Assembly: GCA_001792115.1 (NCBI GenBank) | Contig: MGFX01000006.1 | Span: forward strand, 18,537 to 82,536 | Length of the DNA stretch: 64,000 nt | Source of the DNA: Candidatus Woesebacteria bacterium RBG_16_42_24 | GTDB taxonomy: Bacteria > Patescibacteriota > Microgenomatia > UBA8517 | Reading direction: 5' to 3' | Notes under the pieces: model-generated | Told to the model about the DNA's origin: nothing | The model's input: the letters and a program-made list of their open reading frames with translations, nothing else | The model's database searches: none | Shown: one piece after another, positions 47,471 through 57,390 of the stretch | How positions within the stretch are numbered: the stretch's first letter is position 1 | Layout: each line of letters begins with the position of its first letter | Made by a program: the position numbers and the translations under genes

Positions 47471-48817
47471 GTGCATAATAAGCCTGTGGGAAGAAAGCTT
47501 TTTATAGCATTACTAAGTTTCCTTATTCTTCTTTTTAGCCCGGGCTTCTCTTTCGCTCAGGAAGAACCAGCAAGCTCAGGGGTTGCCAGACCAGACATTT
47601 TTCCTCTCCCCAATCCAGAACCTGGGTTTTTGGGCCAAGACCACTCATATTCTGTAACTTTTAGAGGGAATGGGGAAGCGGTAGTTGCTCTAAAAGTAGC
47701 ACTCACCAATAAAGGAGAAACACCCTTAAGCGAAGTTTCCCTTAGGGTTCCCAAAGTTTCTCCGCAAGAATTTTTTATTTATCAGGTCATCAAGGAACCT
47801 TCTTGCACCCGTTATTTAACTGATAACGCTTGTGCTGAATATCAGGAGCCAGACTACTACGGTTATTGGTGGTCCAAGACTAAATATCAAAAAGCCCAGA
47901 GCGAATTTAGTGGCGATACTCTTAAAGTCATTTTACCGCAGGCAATTCCCGCAGATAAAAACGGGAGTTACCTTGTTTACTTTCGGGCCATGGGATATGC
48001 CAAAAAGAATATATTCGGAGCCTATAAATTTACTTTCGAGACACTTCAAGTCCCCGACGACATCAGAAACATGACGGTAGGAATTAGTACGGATTCCGAT
48101 TTGGTTCTTCGGGGAGCAACGGGTGAGGTTAATTACCGTTTTGGAGACGTCGCGACCTCTCTAAAAGCCGTTGGTGGAGCAGCCCCGACAGAGTCTTCGT
48201 CAATTGATACTTTTTACCAACAGATTGGCCACGGGACACTAATTAAAAATGCATCAAGTTTGGCTTCCCTTGAGTCCTATACTGTCTCTTCCAGTTTTGC
48301 AGATAACCGAATTAAACTATATGCCAAGGAGATCTTTGTCGGGGTAGGAGTTTTCTTGGGAATTTTGGCAGTGGTTTTAGTAGTTCTGCGCCTTATTCTC
48401 AAAAGAAGTCAATCCAAGACTGAAGGGACAACTGTTGCCACATTCAATTCGAAGAGCTTGGTTATTTGCCTGGGTGTGAGCTTTGTCTCGGCGTTAGTAA
48501 TAAGCGGCTACACAATCCTTGCAATTATCGCTGCCTCCTATCTCGCAAGTACTGTTGGTTATCAGTTCCAAGCCGTCCTGACCATTTTTATTGTTGTCAT
48601 TTCTTTTGCGATTTACGCACTATTTCTCTTTGCGCCAGGAATATATTTAGGTGCCAAGAAGGGAATCGGTTGGGGAATAGCAACTGTCGCACTTACAGTT
48701 TTCTTCCTTCTAATATTTTTGGGAATTGGGCTTTTGGTCTATCTTGCAGTCCGAAATCCCTCAGTCTATCCCGGACCGATTCCTCTGGGGGGAATGGAAT
48801 CTATTAAGCAATACTGA
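47471..48817 (+). CDS. hypothetical membrane protein (signal peptide, C-terminal transmembrane bundle)
   Basis: Signal peptide; four or more C-terminal transmembrane helices. Confidence 0.5.
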   Translation: MHNKPVGRKLFIALLSFLILLFSPGFSFAQEEPASSGVARPDIFPLPNPEPGFLGQDHSYSVTFRGNGEAVVALKVALTNKGETPLSEVSLRVPKVSPQEFFIYQVIKEPSCTRYLTDNACAEYQEPDYYGYWWSKTKYQKAQSEFSGDTLKVILPQAIPADKNGSYLVYFRAMGYAKKNIFGAYKFTFETLQVPDDIRNMTVGISTDSDLVLRGATGEVNYRFGDVATSLKAVGGAAPTESSSIDTFYQQIGHGTLIKNASSLASLESYTVSSSFADNRIKLYAKEIFVGVGVFLGILAVVLVVLRLILKRSQSKTEGTTVATFNSKSLVICLGVSFVSALVISGYTILAIIAASYLASTVGYQFQAVLTIFIVVISFAIYALFLFAPGIYLGAKKGIGWGIATVALTVFFLLIFLGIGLLVYLAVRNPSVYPGPIPLGGMESIKQY

Positions 48818-49625
48818 CCTTGACAGAAGGTCCCATTGAGGCTTTAGCGAAGGCTTTGACTATTTGTTTGTCGCCCCCGAGGGCCTTAAAAATAGCTTGT
48901 GAGTTGGCGATGAGTTCTTCGTCCTTTTGACTTACTTTTCCAACTACGGTGTGAATTAAGGGAGCTTCTTTCTCGGTTTTTAGAGAGAGGGAACTCACGG
49001 AAAAATCCTTTGCCTTTTTGGCTTCAGTTATTAAAGTTCCGTTTTTGGGATTCGGCATTAAGCCCCTTGGCCCCAAAACCCGGGCAAAAGAGATGAGTTT
49101 TGGCATCATTTCGGGTGTAGCTAAAAGGACGTCAAAATCGATTTTTCCGTCGGCAAGTTTTTTAATTGTTTCCTCATTGGCAACTTCCACCTTTTTTTCT
49201 CTACCTGCCTGATGGGGAAGAGTGACATTGGCGCTTGTTCCAATCTTTTTAACTACCAGATGAAGTTCTATGGACCCGTCAAAGTTCGAATATGAGGTTT
49301 CTTTGGCGAGGGCAATAGCGTCGGAAAGTGAGTAGGTTTTAGACTTATCCACCTTAGCCCTTGCCGCTTTGTATTTCTTACTTCTTACTTTTTCTTTCTT
49401 ATTCTTTTTCTCTTGCTCTTTTACCTTTTCACTCTCCTGCTCTACTGCCGGTTCTATCTCAATTGTTTTTATCCTCTGGCCACCTTTAAGACCCGCAATA
49501 TGAACTTTCTGAGGTTTCTTATCAGCCTCCTTTTTGGCCTTTTCCTGCCTCTTTTTCTCATAAGCTTCCTTGCCGGTTAATTCGGCAACTTCTGTGTCTA
49601 CGAAAGAGGTTTTTGTTTTACCCAT
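48804..49625 (-). CDS. rplA: 50S ribosomal protein L1 with a ~80-aa Lys/Glu-rich N-terminal extension
   Basis: L1 core from ...YSLSDAIALAKE... to the C-terminus; the extension is KKRQEKAKKEADKK...EKKNKKEKVR. Confidence 0.8.
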   Translation of the reverse strand: MGKTKTSFVDTEVAELTGKEAYEKKRQEKAKKEADKKPQKVHIAGLKGGQRIKTIEIEPAVEQESEKVKEQEKKNKKEKVRSKKYKAARAKVDKSKTYSLSDAIALAKETSYSNFDGSIELHLVVKKIGTSANVTLPHQAGREKKVEVANEETIKKLADGKIDFDVLLATPEMMPKLISFARVLGPRGLMPNPKNGTLITEAKKAKDFSVSSLSLKTEKEAPLIHTVVGKVSQKDEELIANSQAIFKALGGDKQIVKAFAKASMGPSVKVSIA

Positions 49626-49628
49626 TAA

Positions 49629-50054
49629 TTATTCCTCCACGGTTATTCCCATAGAACGGGCGGTACCCGCGACAATTCTTTTGGCGGCTTCCAAGTCTTT
49701 GGTATTAAGGTCGTCCATTTTATCTTTGGCGATTTTTTCAACTTGTGCTTTGGTCAGCATTCCAACAATTTCCCGAGGTGTTGTTCCCGAACCTTTTTCA
49801 AGGCCGAGCTCTTTTTTAATCATCGAAGATACAGGTGCCTTTTTAATTCCAAAAGTGAATGTTCTATCTTCATAGATAGTGATAACAGCCGGAACTACTT
49901 CACCTTTCATCTCGGCGGTTCTTTCGTTATAAGCTTTGACAAACTCCATGATGGCTACACCGTGTTGTCCCAAGGCTGTTCCCACTGGGGGAGCTGGAGT
50001 TGCTTCTCCTGCCTTTAAATTGATTTTGACTACTGTTTTTACTTTCTTGGCCAT
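49629..50054 (-). CDS. rplK: 50S ribosomal protein L11
   Basis: MAKKVKTVVKINLKAGEATPAPPVGTALG...; start set at MAKK. Confidence 0.9.
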   Translation of the reverse strand: MAKKVKTVVKINLKAGEATPAPPVGTALGQHGVAIMEFVKAYNERTAEMKGEVVPAVITIYEDRTFTFGIKKAPVSSMIKKELGLEKGSGTTPREIVGMLTKAQVEKIAKDKMDDLNTKDLEAAKRIVAGTARSMGITVEE

Positions 50055-50263
50055 AACCTTACTCAAACTTTCTTTCATAAAGAAAGTTTGGCAAAGAAAT
50101 TTTAAACACAAGCGTCGGAAGCAATCTTGAAGCTTTCGACGCCTTCAGCGTCTCCCTCATCCTTCGACTCCTTCGATTTCACTCAGGACAAGTTCTCTCA
50201 GGACGAGGTAGGGGAATTATAGCAGAAGAAATAAGGATACGTAAAGTGTATAATTTTTGCTAG

Positions 50264-50980
50264 ATGTCGGACGGCATAACAGAAAAAAAGCCGCTAAGCA
50301 GGCGAGATTTTCTCAAGGCTGCGCCCCTGGCTATTCTGGGGCTGGCGGTTTCGGGATGTGGGGTAAATCCGGAGGCCGCAAGAAATTTAGGTGACTATCA
50401 ACCAATAAGACACGGGGAAAGACTCGTCTTGAATAAACTCGAAGCAGGTAGTATCAAACCCATGGCCATTACGGTCGAATATAATAGTACGGATATTCAG
50501 ATGTTGTACGGTCTTCAGGAAAGACTAACCAGGGGGCCCAACGGAAATTTTCTTTATTCCCCCGTAGACTTTAAGGACGGCGCAGAAAGAGAAAGACTCA
50601 TAGGGGAAATTGTTTCCAATAGGCTACAAGAATATAAAGCAAGTTCTCGATTGTCTTCAGAAATAAATGTTGGGATATATATAAACCCTGGAATACGTAT
50701 GGGAACAGAGCCTCCTTATAGAGTAGGCGAGATTACATCCCAAGAGAAGATTTGGGGACTTCCCGTAATAAGTGCGAAGCAAGATTTGATGCTGATGCCG
50801 GACCTCCCGATCCCCGTTGAGCACGACCCCGGTCCACCTCCAGCCGCCGATGCCAGTACCGTAACAGAGTTCTCCTTAGGTTACGCTGTAGGGCAGATGC
50901 TTCGCCAGGCAGACGGATCACTAACGCTCCGAATAGCGGGATATGTGCCCGACGGTAGGGCCGTAGAACCAATCTCCTAA
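50264..50980 (+). CDS. hypothetical Tat-signal lipoprotein
   Basis: SRRDFLKAAPLAILGLAVSGCG: twin-arginine motif plus lipobox. Confidence 0.5.
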   Translation: MSDGITEKKPLSRRDFLKAAPLAILGLAVSGCGVNPEAARNLGDYQPIRHGERLVLNKLEAGSIKPMAITVEYNSTDIQMLYGLQERLTRGPNGNFLYSPVDFKDGAERERLIGEIVSNRLQEYKASSRLSSEINVGIYINPGIRMGTEPPYRVGEITSQEKIWGLPVISAKQDLMLMPDLPIPVEHDPGPPPAADASTVTEFSLGYAVGQMLRQADGSLTLRIAGYVPDGRAVEPIS

Positions 50981-51258
50981 CTAGAGACACCCGCTTTATT
51001 TTTAGGCTCTTCAGGGCTATAATCCCTAACTATGGGGAAAGAGGGTGAGCTGAAAGCGGTGCGGGGATGCCAGGTAGTACTTGATTTATCACGGCCCGAC
51101 GCTGCGACTTCTGGACTTGATTTGAGATGTCCCACCGCGACCGGCCAATGTTTGGTCGATTTTGCTGAAGACAGGGGAGACTATGGAATAATCAGATCTA
51201 GAAGTTGTCCCCACGGTCTTACACCCAAGACCCCATCACCGGACAACTAACCGCTTTT

Positions 51259-51879
51259 TTATACCTTAGTTATCTGTAAGAAATCTAGCTCAACCGGGGT
51301 TTCGCGGCCGAAGATTGAAACCAAAACTTTTACCTTACCTTTTTCCTCATCCATTTCGTGAATTGTTCCCAGAAAATCGGCAAAAGGCCCGTCGGTAATC
51401 TTGACGGCTTCTCCCACAGAAAACTTAGTTTTAAATCTGGGGGCTGGAGCTGAAATAAATTTTTGAATATTGCCGACTTCGGACTCTGACAAAGCAGTTG
51501 GAGCTTTTTCAGCACCCACAAATCCGGTTATTCCGGGAGTGGTACGAACTGCCAGCCAGGTGGGATCGTCCAAAATCATCTTAACAAGTAAATATCCGGG
51601 GAAGATTTTTTCTTTAACGGTTGCTTTTTTGCCACCCCTTATTACGACTCTATCCTGCGTTGGGACAAGAAGCTCGAAAACTTTACCGGTTAAACCCATC
51701 GACTCGACTCTTTGTCTTAGCGTTTCCGCTACTCTTACTTCGTGTCCCGAGGCCGTGTGGACTACGTACCATTGGGCTTTTGCGTCGTCGGTTGCACCAA
51801 TGACAATATGGCCGGGGATTTTTTTCTTCCCGACTCCGCGTTCTGAAACCGCTTCTTGGGTTTGAGTGGGTTCGTCCAT
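51259..51879 (-). CDS. nusG: transcription antitermination factor NusG
   Basis: NGN domain WYVVHTASGHE and a KOW segment. Confidence 0.9.
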   Translation of the reverse strand: MDEPTQTQEAVSERGVGKKKIPGHIVIGATDDAKAQWYVVHTASGHEVRVAETLRQRVESMGLTGKVFELLVPTQDRVVIRGGKKATVKEKIFPGYLLVKMILDDPTWLAVRTTPGITGFVGAEKAPTALSESEVGNIQKFISAPAPRFKTKFSVGEAVKITDGPFADFLGTIHEMDEEKGKVKVLVSIFGRETPVELDFLQITKV

Positions 51880-51880
51880 T

Positions 51881-52126
51881 TTACCTTGCTATAACAACCT
51901 CTAAAATTTTAGTCAAAAAATAGTCAAGAGCGCCTGCGTAAAAGCCGACGAATGCCGAAATGAGAAAAACAATTAGGGTAAGTTTTATAACTTCTTCTCT
52001 TTTCGGCCAAGTGACTTTGGAAAGCTCTAGTCTCACCTCGGAAAAATACGAAAGAACTTGCTTCACGAAGGAAATTTTACCACGAGAAGCACCCAGCCGC
52101 AAGCTTGGTGGTATAATATTGGCCAT
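51881..52126 (-). CDS. secE: preprotein translocase subunit SecE
   Basis: FVKQVLSYFSEVRLELSKVTWP plus a C-terminal transmembrane helix. Confidence 0.8.
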   Translation of the reverse strand: MANIIPPSLRLGASRGKISFVKQVLSYFSEVRLELSKVTWPKREEVIKLTLIVFLISAFVGFYAGALDYFLTKILEVVIAR

Positions 52127-52589
52127 GCAGCAAGAAAGGGCCGATGTAGTCAGAGTAAAAGGAGTTCAAAAAGGCCGTCTAACCGTTGAGATTGAAGGCG
52201 GCGGAGACGTTGTGATAGGAGTAAGAAGGGGTAGAGGAAGCACACTGGAGCCAAGAAGGGGACTAGTGGAGTCATTCAGACCAGCAATGCAAAGGCTAGC
52301 CATTAGATATCCGCGAATTTTTGGCGCGGATTCTCAAGACTTTTGGTTAAATTTGGAACAACAGCAGCCCTTTACCCCCGAAAAAGCGGCGATTTTGGCC
52401 AGAAGACAGGGATTTAGCTCAAGCGAGATAGGGAGAAAGGTAGTCCAGGGTCTGATTGAGCTTTCGGGCACCCAAGGCTCGATTTCTCCAGATACAATGG
52501 ACCAGTTGATTGACGAAGGGTCAAGGATAGTAAGAGGATTTTATATTAAGACAACCGAGGTAAAACCCGGTCGTAGCGTAGGAAGATGA
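52125..52589 (+). CDS. hypothetical protein
   Basis: Start at an ATG that overlaps the secE start by 2 nt (CATG); extended -10 tggtataat 7 nt upstream; the ORF-track start inside secE is rejected. Confidence 0.35.
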   Translation: MQQERADVVRVKGVQKGRLTVEIEGGGDVVIGVRRGRGSTLEPRRGLVESFRPAMQRLAIRYPRIFGADSQDFWLNLEQQQPFTPEKAAILARRQGFSSSEIGRKVVQGLIELSGTQGSISPDTMDQLIDEGSRIVRGFYIKTTEVKPGRSVGR

Positions 52590-53296
52590 AATTCCCCAAT
52601 TTCTCCTTCGAGAAAAAACTTTGGAAGGCAGGCTACAAATTAGTCGCTGGGGTAGACGAGGTAGGCCGAGGATCTTTCGCCGGCCCAGTCGTCGCCGGCT
52701 GTGTAGTTTTCTACCCCTCGCAGCTTCTGCAAGGCGAGGCCTTGCGGAACTTGAGGAAGGAAGGAGTTGTTATTAATGATAGTAAAAGGATGACTCCGAG
52801 ACAGAGAGAAAGGGCGAATAAGTGGATTAAGGAAAATGTAGCTGCTTGGGGAGTTGGGGGGGCAAATGTAAGTTTAATCAATCGAATCGGAATGGGGAAA
52901 GCTACAAAGGTCGCATTTCGAAGAGCAATTGCTGAGGCAAACTTAAAACTTAAGACTAAAGACTCAAATTTGATAGACTTTCTTCTAATCGACGCTTTCT
53001 ATATTCCTTATGTCAGGGGATTAAGAAGAAAGAATCAAAAAGCAATAATAAATGGAGATGAAAAATCGATAACTATTGCGGCAGCCTCGATAATTGCTAA
53101 AGTTTATAGAGACGCCCTTATGAGAAAAATGTCCCATAAATATCCAAGATATGGGTGGGGGAGAAACAAAGGGTATGGGACGAGGGAACACCAGAGGGCA
53201 TTAAGGAAATACGGGCTAAGTCGTTACCACAGAAAGCAGTTTGTAGCGACCTATTTTAAAAAGACCTCTTCTTCTCAAGTTCAATCAAGTGCTTAA
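52586..53296 (+). CDS. rnhB: ribonuclease HII
   Basis: GVDEVGRGSFAGPVV active-site block. Confidence 0.9.
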   Translation: MKFPNFSFEKKLWKAGYKLVAGVDEVGRGSFAGPVVAGCVVFYPSQLLQGEALRNLRKEGVVINDSKRMTPRQRERANKWIKENVAAWGVGGANVSLINRIGMGKATKVAFRRAIAEANLKLKTKDSNLIDFLLIDAFYIPYVRGLRRKNQKAIINGDEKSITIAAASIIAKVYRDALMRKMSHKYPRYGWGRNKGYGTREHQRALRKYGLSRYHRKQFVATYFKKTSSSQVQSSA

Positions 53297-53450
53297 TGCG
53301 GTATTTTTTTTCTTTGCGTCTTTCAGCCGGTTTTTTGTAGCGCTCGCGCTCCCTGTAATCCAGAAGAATTCCTTCGTTAAGTACCTTTTTCTTGAAGCGG
53401 GCTATGAGCCTGTCCTCGGATTCGCCTTTTTGTTTCGTAACGACCACCAT
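53256..53450 (-). CDS. rpsU: 30S ribosomal protein S21
   Basis: RFKKKVLNEGIL...RYKKPAERRKEKK pattern. Confidence 0.75.
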   Translation of the reverse strand: MVVVTKQKGESEDRLIARFKKKVLNEGILLDYRERERYKKPAERRKEKKYRIKHLIELEKKRSF

Positions 53451-54484
53451 GGGGTCTCGCCCCCCTTCCGATTGAATAAATTGAGTTTAACTTCATAACA
53501 CTCACCAAATGTATTGTAGCAGAAAGGTCAATACTAAAAAATAGCCCAAATTCGGCCTAAATAGCCTTGCTCAGATGATGGTCGACGTCAACCTCGCCCA
53601 CCCCAAATAATTACTCGATCTAAAAAGTATCTAGTTTGGTTGAATTTAGACTAGTTTGTTGCTAAAATCTATCTACCTCAATCGGAGGTTTCTATTAGTT
53701 TCGCCGAAGTATCATGGCGATGCCGGAGGCTAAGCTATAGAGGAGAAGTTCTAGCACCTGTCACAAAAGTCCGATACCCATAAAGCCCAAGGAGCGCAGG
53801 ATGACCAATGACTTGTATTTCGAGCCGTACGCGCTTGAAGGCAGGCTGGTCGTCAATGACCGAGTAGTTGCATCTGCAATTCGGAGTCTAAGGGAATCCG
53901 AATGGGGAAGGAAAGCCGAGGAGGTTCAAGTGCCCCATTCGCGGTGTTCGAGCGACCTGTCGCAAATGGTTGACGGGGTGCCTGTCAACAGGACCAGCCA
54001 CAGCCAGGAGCACATCTACGTTGGGTTCAGACACAGGCGCATGTAGCCCCTGGGTCAGGGTACGGATCGGGTGTTAAGGCAAAGGGGAGAGGCGGGAAGT
54101 TTCCGCACAAGTTAGCTCGTCACGAGCCCACTTCTCGCTTCTCCCCCTAGTATTCTTAGTGAGTGCTTCGGCCGTAGACTTTTCTAAATAACGATTTGAT
54201 TCTTCTTGACGTTTCTAGCCATTCATTATATCTCTCTTCGGCATTAGGAATCATCCGTTCATATCGTTTATCTCTTGGGTCATTCGAGGGTATTTTGCTG
54301 CGGCTATTCTCGAGTTGCCTTGGGGTAGGTGAAGGTTGAGGAGGCAATAAACTTAATAATTCTATTTTAGACATAGAAGTGAATTCCAGTCATTTTACTA
54401 GCCTTTGAAAAAATAGCAAGTTGGAGTTGTAGAGTTGTAAAAATTGAATTTAACGGGTAAAATTAGAACCTAGGAGATATAAAA

Positions 54485-54748
54485 ATGCCAGAAGAACCAG
54501 GTTCAGGTGAAACACGACCCGGCGCAAGTCTTGCTGATATCTTGGGGATGCAGCAGGAAAATGCTGCACGAAAAAACCGAAGAGATAATCCACGACATGG
54601 GACAAGAATTGATGAGCGCTTAAACTTAGAGCAGGCTGACGCATTGGACCGAGCTCGAAAGAGGGCACACCCCACAAGTGGTTCAACCACTAGTATCCCC
54701 GATAGATGGAGTTCGACGGGACAAAAACCTCAAAGACCGGGAGAGTAA
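54485..54748 (+). CDS. hypothetical protein (GC-rich block)
   Basis: AGGAG 8 nt upstream of the ATG; no recognisable motif. Confidence 0.3.
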   Translation: MPEEPGSGETRPGASLADILGMQQENAARKNRRDNPRHGTRIDERLNLEQADALDRARKRAHPTSGSTTSIPDRWSSTGQKPQRPGE

Positions 54749-54763
54749 ACGAACCCCGAAAAT

Positions 54764-55096
54764 ATGACCGAACAACATAAACAGATAGAGTTACACTGGT
54801 TAGAAACTTTATATGGAATATCTCCAGATAGCCTTCCCTTAGAAGCGAGAGATTTGGCAAAAAAGCTTGGCCCTGATGGGGTTAATGAGCTAGTTGAGCA
54901 ATATCGGGGAACACAGTTTTATAGAGGTATAAGAGCAGGTAGGGAGGAACTTTCCAATAAACTTGAACAGATGCACAGGCTTGCGTTTGAGGGCGGAGGA
55001 AGATGGGCCCCGGGAGAACCTTCTTATGGGGATTCACCTTTGACCTGGATTAACCAGGAAGTAGCAGAACTTCTTGAAAAAGGTCAAACTGAGTAG
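54764..55096 (+). CDS. hypothetical protein (GC-rich block)
   Basis: ORF only. Confidence 0.25.
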   Translation: MTEQHKQIELHWLETLYGISPDSLPLEARDLAKKLGPDGVNELVEQYRGTQFYRGIRAGREELSNKLEQMHRLAFEGGGRWAPGEPSYGDSPLTWINQEVAELLEKGQTE

Positions 55097-55100
55097 AAGT

Positions 55101-55928
55101 TTAGTGGTATTTGACTACGAGTTGGGGGCGATTCCCGGTGCTTAAGTAGTTATCTCCCGACTCAAACCTTGCCCATGCGTCAGCCCCAGTTGCTTCTGTC
55201 GTAAATCTTAATCTATATTGGGAGCGAGTTCTTGACGCAGCGATGTCTGTCTTGAGAGGATTGGTGACGATTAAATCTTTCCACTCGATGCTCGCGTTGG
55301 AAGTTAATGTTCCGATATTAGACGAGATGGCGGAAGCGTTTAAATCTTCATTTCCTAGACTATCTCCATAGTCGAGGTGGTCAACGATAAGACTTCCCCC
55401 GGAGGCGTAGGGGGTTCCCTCAAGTTGCCCCTGATAAAGCCTTAAAGTTACCTCGTCAATTGTTTTGCCGGATGGAATGCTTGAAATGTCAAAACTGACA
55501 AAACCTCGCTCTGTGAGCGTTGCATTTCTTCCAATTTGTATATACCAAGTAGTGTTTCCTCCACCATTACTTGCGCGCCAACCGTCGAGTGCTGCAGTTC
55601 CCGTAATAGTCATTGTTTGGATTGCCGGAGTTGGAGTAAGCGTTGGCGTTGGAGTACTCGTAGGTTTTTTTGTTGGGGTTGGAGAACCGGTCGTTTCTGG
55701 CTCTTCTGTCGGAGTAGGTGTTGCAATAACTTCAGGTGTAGGGGTAGGAATTGGCTCTCCGCCTTCTCTATTTCTAAATCCGAGAAAATATGCAGCACCT
55801 CCTACCAGAAGAAAGAGAATAATAACTATTAAAACGTATGGCCACTTTTTTCCTCCCGATTCGCCGCCATTTGCGGATGGGGGAGTTTCACTTGGAATCT
55901 GAACTTCTTGTGTACCTTCCGGCTCCAT
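55101..55928 (-). CDS. membrane-anchored protein with a Pro/Thr-rich linker and a C-terminal beta-rich domain
   Basis: Transmembrane helix YVLIVIILFLLVGGAAYFLG followed by a TPTPT linker. Confidence 0.45.
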   Translation of the reverse strand: MEPEGTQEVQIPSETPPSANGGESGGKKWPYVLIVIILFLLVGGAAYFLGFRNREGGEPIPTPTPEVIATPTPTEEPETTGSPTPTKKPTSTPTPTLTPTPAIQTMTITGTAALDGWRASNGGGNTTWYIQIGRNATLTERGFVSFDISSIPSGKTIDEVTLRLYQGQLEGTPYASGGSLIVDHLDYGDSLGNEDLNASAISSNIGTLTSNASIEWKDLIVTNPLKTDIAASRTRSQYRLRFTTEATGADAWARFESGDNYLSTGNRPQLVVKYH

Positions 55929-56214
55929 TGGCCGAATAGTAATCTAGTAAAAAAAATATGTCAAGAGGGGTCTAGGAGGAGAGCAATCTTTTTCAATCCC
56001 AACTTTTCGAGTCGTTCCACGAACTAATTATGTCACCTGCAGGGGCTAGTGGATTATGTTAGAGTTAGAAACTCCTCTCATTATGGGTAGACACTCCCGG
56101 AGTGAAATAGCTAGATACATCGGGATAAACATTGAAATCGTAAACTACGAGATAAGTAAATACTAATTTAGGCGTGCACTTGACAAATTATTACAACTTG
56201 CTAATAATTAGTTA

Positions 56215-56892
56215 ATGCCCAAAAGGAAGACTAAAAAGAGAGATTTAGTCGGTGCTTCTTCAAAAAATAAAATCTTCCTATTGTTATTTATTGCTATTGG
56301 AATTTTCTTTACTCTTTACAAATTAAATATTTTTGCCGCTTCAGGAGGCAGGGGTGGTGGAAAAGTTGCTCCAACACCAGTTCCACTGCCAACTCCACCT
56401 GCAGGAGAATTATTGTTAAATACTTCATTTGAATATAATACCGATGCTGATTCCCGTACTCCCGATGGTTGGGTTCAACATTATGACCAGCCCAACAAAC
56501 TTGTTAAAGTTGACTGCGGTGTTTCAGTTTCCGGAAAATGCTCTTATTATGTGGATGGAAAGCATTATAATGCCATCAAACAATATGTTACATATTCAGC
56601 ACCTCCTGGAAGCACGGTAACAGTTTCAGGGTGGGGCAGAGGCAAAGATGTTGCTGATAGTACTAGCGTTGCAGAAGGCTCCTTCTGGGTGCAAGCCTGG
56701 ATTCACTACACAGATGGATCAACAGAATATGGTTTGCACGCAGATTTTGACAACGGAACTCATGATTTTCAAAAGGTCCAGAAATCTTACATTGCCCCCA
56801 AACCAGTAGAAGGATTTACCTATTTTGTTAAGTTTGGAAAAACAGGTTATGCATGGTTCGACGACGTAAGCCTCGCCGTAATTACTCCATAA
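56215..56892 (+). CDS. hypothetical secreted/membrane-anchored protein (possible carbohydrate-binding-like domain)
   Basis: N-terminal transmembrane helix; Pro-rich linker. Confidence 0.45.
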   Translation: MPKRKTKKRDLVGASSKNKIFLLLFIAIGIFFTLYKLNIFAASGGRGGGKVAPTPVPLPTPPAGELLLNTSFEYNTDADSRTPDGWVQHYDQPNKLVKVDCGVSVSGKCSYYVDGKHYNAIKQYVTYSAPPGSTVTVSGWGRGKDVADSTSVAEGSFWVQAWIHYTDGSTEYGLHADFDNGTHDFQKVQKSYIAPKPVEGFTYFVKFGKTGYAWFDDVSLAVITP

Positions 56893-57390
56893 AATTTGTA
56901 AATTTAACCCTAGTAAAGTATTGTTTTTTTGCAGGGGCTAGTGGCCCGACTTCGAACAGTTTGGCACGAGATAGACTCGATTGAGACTGATAAAATTCAA
57001 GAGTTTATTAACACGGAACAGCGTTTATTTTTTAATAGTTCTGGTACTGCCTATTAAGTGGAGCTAATGGATGGTTGGGGAGTTCTCGCATCTATATCCA
57101 ACATAAACCGAGTTCGTTGGTTTGGCCCTATCCCCGCAGAAGTTTTTAATACACCGTCATCATCTTCATAAAATAGGGGTAGAGCTCCCTTAACAGTTTT
57201 AAGTCTTATTATCTTTGGCCCAACCCTAAACTCACAAATTGTTTTAATTGGAGCTTTTTGGGGAGACAGAATGTTTTCTTTTCCCATTTGAAGATCAGTT
57301 TAATGTATTTACACCTAAAGTCAACTATTTTGGGCGAACATCGGATTATTGTTTACCATTTGATATTTGGACATATTTGAAGCTATTTTG

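Noticed and set aside
53801-54046. 81-aa ORF in the GC-rich block; I also considered a tmRNA tag frame here (NDLYFEPYALEG...)
   Set aside because: There is no stop after an -AA tag, no tRNA-like 3' domain and no ribosome-binding site, so it is neither a convincing gene nor a tmRNA.
53700-54200. Possible RNase P RNA (AAAGTCCG, CATAAAGCCCAAGG resemblance to the P4 region)
   Set aside because: The complementary P4 3' strand and the ACAGARCCCGGCTTA-type element could not be found, so the match is too partial.
56037-56944. 15-nt exact direct repeat tgcaggggctagtgg flanking gene 56215-56892
   Set aside because: A single 15-mer match is within chance expectation for a 64-kb window, so it is not treated as a target-site duplication.
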